From NCBI RefSeq assembly GCF_006345805.1, contig NC_043005.1, positions 91,264,001 to 91,328,000 on the forward strand: a stretch of 64,000 nucleotides of DNA. Reading direction: 5' to 3'. The notes under the pieces were generated by a model. The model worked only from the letters and a program-made list of their open reading frames with translations, searched no databases and was not told the origin of the DNA. The stretch is from Octopus sinensis (taxonomy: Eukaryota). The stretch's first letter is position 1; each line of letters starts with the position of its first letter. Both the position numbers and the translations under genes were made by a program. This document shows positions 10,941 to 24,503 of this stretch, piece after piece.

Positions 10941-13900
10941 TGTTATAATGTGGATCCTTGTCCACTTGTATGTTGTAATATTCTTGTCCCCACTATTATG
11001 CTGCGGTAGTATTTCGCATCTTATCTTTGACTCATCTATTGTGCTATCACTGATAGCTCTGCAAGACAATGACTTTGAAACGTTTACTTTCAAGGTAACT
11101 CGAACTCGTATATATCACGTAACTGACACTGATTCCAACTGAGAACTTGTACAATATCTCTACTCTACTGACTTCCTACAACAACTGTCTGACTTAATAG
11201 TGGCTCTCATACCACTTTGTCATGTGGGAAGGAGTGTACCATTTTCACTACATCTTCCCTTTTAGTTATTTTTTTCTTTGGGAAGCAAGCAATTTTATTT
11301 TATTTCAATCACTTCTCCTCCCTTTTTTTTTTCCAGCTTAATATTTTTATTTTTGGCATCTATTTGTAGAAAGTCTGTGTTCTTCCTTTTTCTTCCACCT
11401 GTACACATGGATTCAACCACCTGTAATGGTCTTGGTACCTAGAATGTATCATACAGCCATTCTATACATTCTTCCAATCTGTTTGGTTAATTTTCTATGA
11501 ATCTCTTCTTCAATTGGTTTCTGTGTCTTATTTCAATACCTTTTCTGTTTTTAATTCCGTACGTCATTTTCCCTATGCACTTGCTGGTGTATTGGGGTTC
11601 GGTGTCACCCTGTATACCCTTAGGAATTGCTGCAGAGCAACTTCGTCTGTGGTTTCTTTGTTTACTTTTCTCAAAGCTCTTTTAAAAGTGTCCACAAAAC
11701 GCTCTGCCTGTCCATTTGATCTGGGATGGTAAGTCACTATTGTTTTATGTTCTACTGTGAACATTTCGCTGAATTTTCTAAATTCACTGGATACAAATTG
11801 TGTTCCATTATCGAATACAATCACATCTGGTATGCCAAATCTTGTGAATAATTGGTGCAAAAAATTTATTACAATTGAGGCAGTTGGTCTTTTGCACTTG
11901 ACAATTTCCAGCCATTTTGTAAAACTGTCAACTACTACTAAGTAGTAATAACCATTTAATGGACCCACAAAACCGATATGTAGTCTTGACCATGGACTTT
12001 TTACTTCTGGCCAAAGCTCCCATTTTTTTAGTAGACAATTTCGCTGCAGACCACATCCTCTGCAGCCTTTTACTACGTTTTTGACTTCCTTGTCCACCTT
12101 CAGCCAATACACATAACTGAGCATAAGCACTTTCATCCTTGCTGCCCAGTCTGAATTGTCAACTTTTTCAATTATAGCTAAACTTTCTTGTCTTTCTAGC
12201 TCTTTATTGATCTGGTCCAATGCAACATATGGCACATTCTGTTCAGGCCTAAAAACAGATGCTACCTCTTCTTTTACTGCAATCCTCGCTTTTGTTTTAG
12301 TGCAACAGCCTAATCCTTCCAAAAAAACATTTGGAAACAATTCTTTAATTTTTTGTCTCAGTTGTTCAACATTTGAACTTATAACTGTGCCAACTACATT
12401 TTCACAGAGAACACTATCCCACATTTTAAATAACTCCATGCATTCTGTGCCAAATAGGTTTAGGAATTTTTTTCAACACATAAACGATTGTCCTTTTCAT
12501 TTCACCTCAAAAAGTTACATTGCAGATACATTCACCAATGAAATATAACTTCTTTCCTGTCATACCATATGCTACTTTATTTGATTTAAATGATTTCGGC
12601 TTATTGATTTGTTATCATGTTTCTTCATTTATGATAGTGATGTCACTACCCATGTCTAATTGCATTTTGACATTAGTGGTTTCGATTCTTACCTTGATGA
12701 ATTTTCTGTTCATTGTACAAATGTTTTCCTCTGATGACAAACTATTTATATTTTCTTGTTTGGTCCAGTTTTTCATCATCTTAGTTCTACAGTGTAATTT
12801 AATGTGTCCTGTGTTCCCACAGGACACTTCACTTTCTTGAACAGACACTCTTTTCTCAGGTGCCTACCCCCATGTCATACATAGGTTTATATCCTGATAT
12901 ATATCGTGATTTTTGTGAAATACTTTATCCGTCTTCCAACTCTTCCACACTGGTTTATCTATAAACAATCTCTGTGTTGGATTTCTTCTGTGTCCTGCCT
13001 TACTTTTATTATCATATTGCACTCTTCTGACAGTTTCTGGAGATTTATATCCTGGTTCATTTCTAGCTTTGTGAGAATTTCCATTCTGACTTCTGTGATC
13101 TTTTTAGCAGTAAGTCCATGAGCAAAAACCAGGCACTTGAATGAGTCTGGGGTTAGTTTATCCAGTTTAAATCTCTTGCACTTTCTGTTCACTCTTCCTG
13201 CATATGTGGTTAAAGTCTTCATCATTGCTTTTCTCAGTGTTCAAATACTTCCAGCAGATTTTGATTTTTTTGATTTTTCCAGTTTCAGCTAATGAGCTGT
13301 GGCCATGCTGGGGCACCATGCCTTGAAAGTGATTCCTTCTTCCGGGTTGTATTTGAATTCATTTATTAAATTTACTACGTGGTCTGGCGAAGACATATTT
13401 TCCAGTTTTGTTACCAACTTCATTAGTTGCAGCATTTGTTGTTGTTCTTGTTGTTCATTGAGTTGTTGCTGTTTTTGCAAGTCAACTAAACCCTCTAACA
13501 AGTTTTCCATAATTTTACGGATTTTTCATAAAATATATACAACAAAAATGTTTGTTACTCTTCTATCAAGTTTTTAATTTCTCCACATCGTCCACATAGA
13601 TTGCTTATTTTCTTGTGAAAAAATTTTGTTTTCAACGTTGTCCACATGAATTGTTTACATCAAGGATCCATGAATTGTTATAACATGGATCCTCATCCAC
13701 ATGTATGTTGTCATCAGCACTGGTGGTATTTCATATCTCATCACCATTGATTCGTCTATTGTGCTATCGTTGAAAGCTCCACAAGACAATGACTTGAAAC
13801 ATCTACCTTGCTGGTAACTCAGACTTGTATATATCACATAACTGACACTGACTCCAACTGAGAACTCGTACAATGACTCTACTACTAGTGACTCCCTGAC

Positions 13901-13967
13901 TGTCTGAATTTATAATGGCCCTCATACCATTTTGTCACATGGGAAGGAGTGTACCATTTTCACTACA
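10941..13967 (-). mobile_element. Gypsy/Ty3 LTR retrotransposon (K02A2.6/Mag-like), internally deleted
   Basis: Two diverged LTRs (10941-11252, 13676-13967), each TG...CA. PPT AAAAAGGGAAGA abuts the 3' LTR. Near-TSD ATAAT/ACAAT. Contains gag fragments with a CCHC-like CGNTGHIKLHC, protease MQLDMGSD, and integrase (PWSRLHI, VVVDSFTKW, DNGTQF, YHPRSNGQAERFV). Confidence 0.92.
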
Positions 13968-14014
13968 ACAATGACTTACTCTATCAATTTGACATCCCTG
14001 ACTATCACATCTAA

Positions 14015-14254
14015 CCCTTTAACTGTAAAATTAAATTTCATGGTCATTCCAATAATGATGTTAAATATCTACCGAAAAATATAATTTGTATTTTCTGCAA
14101 ATCACATTGCTTCAGTAAAGTTGACATATCTCTACAAAAGTAGATTCAAACATGACATTCCTCAGTAAAAGATAAATTAATATATAAAACTACTTTCTAC
14201 AGTTAAAGGTAATGAAATTTTGAGAGGATATATCTGATTTCCACAGTAAAAGGG
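14015..14254. mobile_element. piggyBac-like MITE
   Basis: TIRs CCCTTTAACTGT / ACAGTAAAAGGG, flanked by CTAA and TTAA. Confidence 0.7.
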
Positions 14255-16084
14255 TTAAAAATATTATGCATCAATAATCTGCATAAACCAAGGTCAGCCT
14301 GATGAAGCAGACCTTTGATCAAAAGTATCCTAGCCATGACTATCCCATTTTTTTAAAGTGTCTATCAATTTTTATATGATGGTAGTGTTGTGATTTGAGC
14401 AAAATTTAGTTGATATACCCAGCAGGTCAAGCAACAGTGTAGAAGTTTATTCATTAGTTACTCACAGAGTGGTTGGCGTTAGGAAGGGCATCCAGCTGTA
14501 GAAACACTGCCAGATCAGACTGGAGCCTGGTGCAGCCTCCTAGCTTCTCAGACACCGGTCGAACCATCCAACCCATGCTAGCACGGAAAACGGACGTTAA
14601 ACGATGATGATGATGATGTAGTCATGGCTGTTTCTGCTGCTAAATAATCTGTGACTCAAACTGTACAATTGATGTATGTTTTCAGTCACAGACCTGATAC
14701 TGGAGGCTGCTCAGAGAACTAAGAGCTCAAATCTTTTTCCTTCTGTTCACTTTCTGGCAACTTTAGGAAAAGGCTATAGTAGAAGACACTTCCCAAGATG
14801 CCATACAGTGGGACTGAACCTGGAGTCATGTGGTTGAGAAGCAAGCTACTTACCACACAGCCATGCCTGTGCCTAGTATAGTGGAAAATATTGTATTCAG
14901 TTTGAAATTCCAAGAATGTTACCGAAGAAAGATGGAAGGGGTTACAATAGCCAAAACATTATTACTGTAATATAAGAACACAAGTCTGAATATGTCAGTG
15001 TATAATAAAGAAGCTGTCAGCTATATCTGGTAATTCATATATGGCTCAGAGGTAAATTTACCTCCATGGTCCATATTTCAAGACTTAGAATTTAGTTGTG
15101 GTTCAGCACTGTAGAAATGCTAAAGCAACCCTGTAACTTACATTTTTATCTTTTTACTTGTTTCAGTGACAAGGCTATGGCCATGCTGGGGAACCACCTG
15201 GAAGGGTTTAATTGAGCAAATTGACCCCAGTGTTTATTTTTAAGCTTAGTACTTATTGTATTGGTTTCTTTTACCGAACCACTAAGTTTTGGAGACATAA
15301 ACAAACTAACATTGGTTTGGAGTAGAGTAGGGACAAACACACACACACACATACATACAATGGACTTCCATACAGATTCAATCCACTAAATTCACTCATG
15401 AAATATCGGTTGGCCCAGGGCTAAAGCAGAAGATACTGATTCAAAGTGCTGTGCTGTATGACTGTACCACATGATTGCAAAATGTGCTTCTTTACCACAC
15501 AACCATACCTGTGTCTGAATTTTTTCATTCTCTTTTTGCCTTTATTTGAAATTTTTTCATTCATTTTTGGTTTTCATTCGAATTTATATTCTATGTTTTA
15601 CTTTATTATTTTTTTGTATTTTTTCTAGATTTATAAGTAATATTTGAAGAATTTTGATGGATTCAAATTTTCTGTAAGTTTCAATTTATTTTCTCTTTTA
15701 CTTTTAATTTCTTCCCATTTAATTATTATTTTTTTTTTTTCGTTTTGCTAGCCACACAGTCTTGAAGCTGGAAATGCTTTGCTGATAGTTGGACCAGTTT
15801 ATGATTTTAAAATACTGCATTTGTTTGCTATTGTGATGTTTTTGCAGCAAAACAAATAGAATATTTTGTAACTAGTTTTCTCAACATGCCAGTGTAACAT
15901 AAAAAGCACCTGTGCTGGTGGCACATCAAAAGCACCCATGCTGATACCATGTATAAAGCACCTGTGCTCATGCTGCATAAAAAGTACCCAGTACTCTCTG
16001 TAAAGTGGTTGGCATTAAGAAGAGCATCCAGCGATAGAAACCATGTCAAAACAGATAATTGGAGTCTGGTGCACTTCTCTGGCT

Positions 16085-16390
16085 GTTGTTGTTTGTTCCT
16101 TCTCGAGCCATGCCTGGCTCATAAGGGCCGGTTTCCAGGTTTCTTGGCATATAGGTTCCCCACCTGGACGGGACACCAGTCCGTTGCAGGTAAGCTGCAA
16201 GATGCAGGAGGAAAGAGTGCGAGAAAGTTGTGGCGAAAGAGTCAGCAGAAGTTTCGCCATTACCTTCTGCCAGAGCTGTGTGGAGCTTAGGTGTTTCGCT
16301 CATAAACACACACGTCGCTCGGTCTGAGATTCGAACCCACGATCCCTCGACCGCAAGTCCACTGCTCTAACCACTAGGCCATGTGCCCCC
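16085..16390 (-). mobile_element. tRNA-derived SINE, family C, nested in an RTE 3' tail (about 15880-16465)
   Basis: Minus-strand head TGGCCTAGTGGTTAGAGC...GGTTCGAATC (A and B boxes) and an (AAC)n tail. RTE-tail sequence resumes on both sides. Related heads at about 40430-40767 and 22100-22370. Confidence 0.85.
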
Positions 16391-17565
16391 ACTCTCTCGA
16401 TGGTCAGTTCCTGTCGAGCCATCTAACCCATACCAGCATGGAAAATGGACGTTAAATTGTAATGAATCTATATCCTCTCTTTTCTCCTACAGTTACTATA
16501 GTAACTGTTATTTTGATCTTACTGCATTTATTCTCCACTTCCAGATAAACTTACTCATTGCACCTATTGCTCCTCTCTTCAAACCTATGCTGTCTTTCCT
16601 ACAACTTTTAAAGAAACTTTATCTGCATTTTTTTATACAAGGACCATCAGCAAATTCTTTTCCTCATGTAGCTGTGTGGTAAGAAGTTTGCTTCCCAACC
16701 ACATGATTCCAGGTTCAGTTTCACTGCATGGCATCTTGGGCTAGTGTCTTCCATTATAGCCTCAGGCTAACCAAAGCCTTAGGAGTGGATTTGTTTGAGG
16801 GAAACTGAAAGAAGACTGTCATATATACAGTAATAAGAATTAGATGGCCATGGCTGGAATGCTTTTTTTATCATAAGTTTGCTCTGTCATAGCTGGCCAG
16901 GATATGAACAATAAGTTTGTAGATATGAAAAGCAAGTCTAAAAATGTCATGTAGAAAGCAAAAAAAAAAAAGAAAAAAAAAAAAACTAAAAGAAATGGTC
17001 TTGGAAATGGTTGTTATATAATTTAGAAATATTTTTCTCTGTAAATTTCATATCAGCCTTCTCTCCTGCCAAGTATAAAAAGCATTTGTGTGCAAGGTGT
17101 TTTATGAGCAAAAAAATATGTGTGTGCATGTGCAGGTATTTTATGTGCAATGTTTATCTGAATTTGTGACAGTTTGTACAAATTTACAATGAGATGGGTA
17201 GAAAGATGGAGGGAGGTAGGGGGGAACACCCTCCATAAAAGCTAGAAGAACAACAGTAAATGTTTGTATGTGTTTCCCTGTCTGATGTGTGTATATTTGT
17301 TTTAATAACAAACCAACGTTGATAATCAATTTTATGAACTGTAACGATAAGGTAAAGAGGTTTTTCTTTTAGCTCTGTATTTATAATAAACATGTTCATG
17401 TGTGCACATATGCATGCATCTGTCTGGGTGTAAATGTATAAATGTATTTCAATCTGTCTATATATGGGTACAGGCTTGGCTGTGTGATTGAAAAATTAAC
17501 TCCCAGACAAAGTGGCTTTAGGTTTGATCTCATTGCATACATGTAGTTGGTGAGTCTATGTATCT

Positions 17566-17980
17566 ACATCATCATCATCGTTTAACATCCGCTTTCCATG
17601 CTAGCATGGGTTGGACGGTTTGACCGGGGTCTGGGAAGCCAGGAGGCTGCACCAGGTTCCAGTCTGATCTGGCAGCGTTTCTACAGCTGGATGCCCTTCC
17701 TAACACCAACCACTCCGTGAGTGTAGTGGGTGCTTTTTACATGCCACCGGCACAGGGGCCCGATGAGGCTGGCAAATGGCCATGATCAGTTGGTGCTTTT
17801 TACGTGCCACTGGCACAGAAGCCAGTCAAGGCGGCACTGGCATCGGCCACGTTCGGATGGTGCTTTTAACATGCCACCGGCACGGAAGCCAGTCAAGGTG
17901 GAATTGGCATCGGCCATGTACGGATGGTGCTTTTAACATGCCACCGGCACAGGTATCACAACTACAATTTCCATTTGATA
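17566..17980 (-). mobile_element. RTE 3' UTR/tail-only copy
   Basis: (GAT)n tail, GGAAGGGCATCCAGCTGTAGAAA core and four GTGCCGGTGGCAC units. Similar tail-only copies at about 7840-7982, 14460-14618, 25750-25937, 31190-31290, 32447-32670, 43060-43537, 44215-44437, 58144-58380 and 63690-64000. Confidence 0.9.
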
Positions 17981-19255
17981 TATTGATACTACTTTGTAGT
18001 GGACATTAAGTCTCATTAGATTCACTTAGCGATATCTCTTCTTTTTTTTAAAACCCCTTTTTGGAACTACCTTAATTACTAAGCAAATGCTTTGTTGGGA
18101 AACATTAAAAATCCCCACCCCCAAAATTTCAGGCCTTGTGCCTGCTGCAGAAAGGATTGTTGTTGTTGTTATTGTTACTACTAGTGGTGGTAGTGGTAGT
18201 AGTGCTGGTAGTAGTAGTAGTGGTAGTGGTAGTAGCAAAGTGGTGAGCTGGCAGGATTGTTCGTATGCTGAGCAAAGTGCTTCATCTTTACATTCAATTC
18301 TGTCCATGGTCGACTTTACCATTCATCCTTTCCAGGTTGATAAAATAAGTACCAGTTGAGTACTGGGGTCAATGTAATCGACTTGCCCCCTCCCCCGAAA
18401 TTGCTGGCCTTGTACCAGAATTTGAAACCATTATTACTAAGGTGGCGAGCAGGCAGAATCATCCGTACATGGGGCAAAGTGGTCAGCTGCATTTTGTCTG
18501 TCTTTACGTTCTGAGTTCAAATTCTGCTGAGGTCAGCTTTGCCTTTCACTCTTTTGGTGTTGATAAAATAAGTATCAGTTGACCACTGGAGGGTCAATGT
18601 TACTGACTTAGCCCTCTCCAAAATTGATAACCTTGTACCAAAATTTGAAACCATTATTATTATTATCATCATTATTATTATTATTATTATTATTGAGTGG
18701 GAGAGCAATGCATGCCATCAAAGTGACACTGGGGTAAAATATACGAAGCCCAGTATACCCATCATGACTACCCGTGTGATAAGGGTACATTAGGCACATG
18801 CATCACAACCATATGTGCGTGACATGGTGATCTCATATCAAGATAAATAGTGCATGGCCTTGCAGGTGGGGCCCAGTTAGAATTTTCTTCTGGTCGAGTA
18901 ACCCATCCTGCTCAAAAGGTCCCCTGAATAAGGGTTGTTTAAGGATGTTGAACGAAACACTCATGTTTCCAGAGGTGAATTATTCAAATCCCAAAGAATC
19001 CCTCTCAACACATGGCCATGTTGCTCCCCCACTACTTCTGTTTGTGATCAGAGATGCACATATCGTCAGCCACCAAGGGACATGCTCAACTGGTTACGGT
19101 CAAACAACTGACAAGCAAATCTATGGTATTGAGCAGAATATTTGCTGTAGCCCATCTTTTATACCAAGACAAAACAATGTACAGGATAACACTTCCAATC
19201 AGTTAAGATCAAAAGCCATGAGAGCCACTGTCTGGTACTGCATCGGGGCGTTTTA

Positions 19256-19291
<36 letters not shown>

Positions 19292-20110
19292 CATTATTAA
19301 GGCAGCAAGCTGACAGAATCATTAACATGCCTAGCAATATTTCATTTGTCTTCATGTTCTGAGTTCAAATTCCAATGCTGGTACTTATTTTATCAGAACC
19401 AATAAAATAAGTTCTAGTTGAGGACTGGGATTGATGAAATTGACTTACCCCCAACCCCTGCAAAATTTCAAGCCATATGCCTATAGTAGAAAGGATTACT
19501 ACTACTACTACTACTAGGAAAAAAATAACTGAGATGGTGTCAGCTTGAACACAGGTCTTCATGTTCACAGCTGGATCATAAAGCCATCTTGTTCACAGTT
19601 CTCCAGGGACTTAAGAAGCAACAAACATTACATATATACAAGCTCTACCTTGTGAACTAACAAGGATGTATCTGTGTAGTTGTCCAATCTTCTAGAAATA
19701 GCATTCAAATTACACTCTATCATCATGAACATAGTAAGAACACATTGGATGATGTACTCCTAGATGTGTTTACTTTTGGGAGAAAAGACAGAATAATAAT
19801 CACAGTTGCAATACCTTTCATTATAAGTCTGCTCAATCAGATAGGTTTGGAGTTAAACAATAACAACAACCCATTAAAAATAAAAAGTAAAGAAAAAAGA
19901 TTCTTCTCTCTTTCACTGTCCCATGGATCTTTTCTCTAGAAATGTCTTATTAATCACAGTTCTCCACCATCTCTGGTCAATTATTTTTCAATGACAACAC
20001 TGTACTCTTACATAATATTTATTTATAACACTCTTAATTTTCTTTTCAGAAACTATTGAGGTGACATTTCAAGTCACTTGAGATGTCTTGTTATTTTTAA
20101 TTTTTCTCTT

Positions 20111-20162
<52 letters not shown>

Positions 20163-22783
20163 GTGTCTACTTTCTTGCAGGTCATCATATTTTAAATATG
20201 TAGCAACTGAAAGTAACCATGCATTCATTGCTTGATTTTAATAATAGAATAACCACTGGTTGCTGTTGTTGTTTAGCCCCAGGCCAGCTGGTCAATTGAG
20301 CAGAGTTCATTCTGTCTTTCATCATACACTGTCAGTTGTTGTGGTTACTGCTGTTTAGCTCAAAGTCGAAATGGATCTGTAATCAGAAATCATTCCAGTT
20401 ATGGACATCCTGTTCCCTCCCCAACCCCCAGCCCCTTGCCAGCTGTTATGTCTAGAACTGTGTCGTTATTCAATGTTTTTTCCTTCTTTAACCCTTCTGT
20501 TGCTATCTTCCTTTCAAATTACACAGTTTTCATTTCAATTAAATTTGAAAATAATTTTGTCATTATTTCGGTGGTGTTTGGAACATAAATAAGTTAACAG
20601 GAAATTTTGATGGAAGGCAGTTTGTATCAGAGAACCAAGGGTATTTTCAGGCAGGATGCAGGATGGTATCAAAATGGTTAGGAAAGCAGAATGTGAGATC
20701 AGCTAAATATGACTGCTATTTCTAGTCAGTTAAGCAACCACATAGGGGACACCTTGTGGTTTGTACTACTAATAATAATATGCTGAAAGTGAAGCCATAA
20801 AATATAGTGTTTCGTAACCAGTCACTACAAATAGTTCCTAGTCTTTAATCTAAGATTTGCATGGTGAAACTCAACTATCAACCATATAACAAACCTCTTT
20901 ATAATAAGGTCATATCTCACTGCTGTCATTGTGTGCTGTGCACCTGAAGAAAGCATCTAAATTTGTTAACTCTGGTTGTAATATGTAGCACCGGCCTTTG
21001 TAGGTAACCTCTATGGATTAACTGATTGTTTTGTTTAGGTGACTGCTTACATGCAATGGTTGTGTTCAAATAGATTGTTTGAATGGTTATTTCCATGCAG
21101 CAGCTGTGCTCCAACACACAGATAAGACTACCTGACAATGTAGCCATGCTTTCAGGTACATAAAATGAAAACCAGATAATTAATATTTAGGAAAGGTGCA
21201 AGCAGGGACAGTGCAAAAAAAAACAAGAAAAAGGCAATGAGCAAAAGTTCAGTGTACTTGTGCTGTGGAAGGAAAGAAAATAGAAGTAAAATGAAAGCCA
21301 ATACTTTTGCTGGGAAGCATCTAATCTGGCACCGTGCCGTCTTTGCAACAGTCTACTTTCTCATTTCCTTTCATCATCATCAACATTAATAATTTTTCTA
21401 TTATTAAGCTCATAGTTTTTATTTTTACCAAATAGGTAAGTAGCTTGCTTACCAACCACATGGTTCCGGGTTCAGTCCCACTGCATGGCACCTTGGGCAA
21501 GTGTCTTCTACTAATGCTGTTCCCTCTCCATTCATTTCACACCCTGGACTAGATGTATTTTCTCATGTCACCTGTTGTTTGGTGATTACCTGTGATAGAA
21601 TTAACAAGTACTCTCTTAACTATTTTCCTGTTTCTCCACTGCATTCCCTACATACAGACTCCTGCTACTCTACCAACACATACACACATCCATACTAACA
21701 AGCACATACTATTATGTCTATACCACAAGCACACATACATATGACAGTGCATGCACACATACACACTCCCTCTTTCCCTTTCCTTCTCTCTCTCTCTCTC
21801 TCTCCACAGATCCTATATTCATTCCTTCAATGTAATTAAATCTGATACAGATTTCTCAACTGTACCTATTGATTTTGAAACAATAACTTACCTTCATTAT
21901 CCTCAATTAAAACAGATTAGCAGTAAGCTAGAGTAACAATATACAGTCAGTAATATATAGTGACTGCTATACTGTCATCGTACCAACTATAGTAATATAT
22001 AGCCAACTGCTGTAATACCAATTGTAGTAATATACAGGAGTAGACAGTCACTAGTGATACTAAATATCCTATGATGGTAGTCTCTGATAGTCTGAGAAAG
22101 ACGGTTCTGCTGTTTCTTGCTGAGCAACCTGCACAAATGATTTGTTTATAATGATCACATGTGCTGTGCTGTACATTTGCTCACTGTCTCTATCAAATTG
22201 ACATTACCTGAACAGGTGCACAGGAGTGCCACATAGCAGGTGCCAAAGGGATCGCAGAGAAATACAGGATGAAGTGTTTTGCGCAAGAACACAATGCACC
22301 ATCCAGTCCAGGAATTGAAACCAAGATCTTGCAATCATGATTGCAACACTCTAACCACTGGGCCAAGCACTCTCCAAATATTATATGTGTATATTTAAAC
22401 ATCCATACATATATGTGTGCATGCACATGCGTGCATACACACACACACACACACACACGGTGATATAAAATCTACTGCTTCTTTACCCTTATCTACCAAC
22501 AGCTTATATTTTTCCTTCTTAAATTGTAGTTATGTCTATGTGTGTGAGTGTATGTCATAGACAGAAGATTGCATGTATGTAAGAGTGTGTGTATGTTTGT
22601 ATATGTATGTCATGTTTTTCGCATTCAGTGTCATGTGTTTGGCATTCGTCAACTACGTAACTCTTACCAAAACCCCTGTCACTGCTTGTCAATTTCAGTG
22701 TTCCTCTGTTGGCTTGAATTTTTTTATGTTAACGCTCTTTGTATCTCTTTTACTTTCTCTCACCATCTCTTGAGTAATATAAA

Positions 22784-22824
22784 ATGTGACTGGAGAAATC
22801 AGCTAACAAACCAATTTATATCAG
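22784..22824 (+). CDS. Candidate N-terminal micro-exon of the glutamate carrier (M*LEKSANKPIYIR)
   Basis: Ends ATC AG|GTATGA in phase 2, matching the phase of exon 45858, and resembles the short N-terminal exon of vertebrate GC1 (MADKQIS). The ATG is immediately followed by TGA. Confidence 0.4.
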
Positions 22825-24149
22825 GTATGATTATATAGATTCAGAACGAAGGTGGCAAGCTGGCAGACATGTTAGCAGGCTGGGCAAAATGCTTAGTGGT
22901 ATTTCATCTGTCGTCACGTTCTGAGTTCAAATTCTGCTGAGGTCAACTTTGCCTTTCATCCTTTCGGGGTCGATAAACAAAGTACCAGTTTTGTACAAAG
23001 TACCAGTAATCGACTTAATTCCTTTGTCTGTCCTTATTTGTCCGCTCTATGTTTAGCCCCTTGTGGGCAATAAAGAAATATATATAGATTAAGACCAATA
23101 GAATAAGTACTAGGATTACAATGAATAAGTCCTGGGGTCGATTTGCTCAACTAAAGGCAGTGCTCCAGCATGGCCACTGTCAAATGACTGAAACAACTAA
23201 AAGAGTAAAAAAAAAATAGTGAATAGTTGCAGAATTTTGTGCTTCATCAATATGTCCATATGAATGTAAATATATTTGTGTGTGTGTATGCATTAGTTAT
23301 ATAAATATATATACATATTCTTGTATATATATATATTTGTATGTATGCATGTTATATCTGTGTGTAGAGAGAGAGACTTGTAAATGTATTTGTACGTATG
23401 CATATGTTTAACTAAAGCAAACAGGATTACAAGCATGTTTAAACATTTTGTTGACCTTATGCATACTTTACACTGATATAATAGGCTGTGCCTGCTTTTA
23501 ACACAAAGGCACATAGACTACTTTATGTGTGTAAGGAATCTCAGTTAAACCAAATATCTACTTATTATGCACTGTTCACCTGTCTATGCATTTGTAAATG
23601 TAAGATATTCTAATTGATTGGTAAGAAAGTATTCATGAAAACGGCTTGGATGGGGGGATTGCCAATCATTCTTGATACTTGTTTAATGCCAAACAGAATT
23701 GTAGAATCCCTACTCGTTGCTGCTATCACTATCTTTTAAAACCCAACAGCCAAGCAGTAAAACCTATATAGTTATACATTTAAAAGACATTCGTATGTGT
23801 TTGTTTTACGTTTGCTTTTCCCATGCCAGCTTCATCTGGACAAATATCTGGACATCTGGCACTGTTTTACAACCAGATACCCTTCTTGTCAATAGTTCTT
23901 ACCTGTTTTACGAATAATGGATATTTTATTCCATTCATCTTTGAGAGAACTGAGCTGCAAGATAAGTTGTTAACAGGGAATGTCAAAAAACATCACCATT
24001 ATAAATACATACACACACATATATATATATGTATGCATGTGTGTGTGTGTACATGTATATATATATATTAAATTGATATGAATAAATATTAGACCTTGAT
24101 CTTAGCCATAAGACTTATAGATGCCTGTGTGTGTGTCTCTCTCTCTCTC

Positions 24150-24181
<32 letters not shown>

Positions 24182-24379
24182 AAGAGCTATAAGAAAATGG
24201 AGGGGATCAATAGGTGGTATTCATCAACTTTTAGACATTATATTATGTCAATTTATTCATTTACTAAAAGGACAATTATAACAATATACATACATGTATA
24301 ACATATGCTTTACATATAAAATATATAAAATATCAGTAATTATTAAAATATGTAACACAGCAATAGAAATTGGGATAAT

Positions 24380-24503
24380 ATCTTACAGCTGTTTCAGCCA
24401 AGAGGTAAAAATACCTCATGCTACTTTTATCCCTCCAGTTGACTGAAGTAATTAATAGATGAAATTGAGGTACTTGGGTGTTTCTCTAGGCTTCGTCAGA
24501 GAT
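24380..24503 (-). ncRNA. Type I hammerhead ribozyme motif (Penelope-associated) with a long stem II loop
   Basis: Minus strand reads ATCT-CTGACGA-AGCCTAGAG...CTCTTGGCT-GAAACAGCTGTA-AGAT: all core nucleotides, stems I-III and a GUA site. It lies inside an inverted repeat (about 24185-24230 and 24710-24747). Confidence 0.7.

Noticed and set aside
16320-16390. tRNA gene
   Set aside because: A/B boxes continue into a SINE body and (AAC)n tail; I could not fold a full cloverleaf. The same applies to the other SINE heads.
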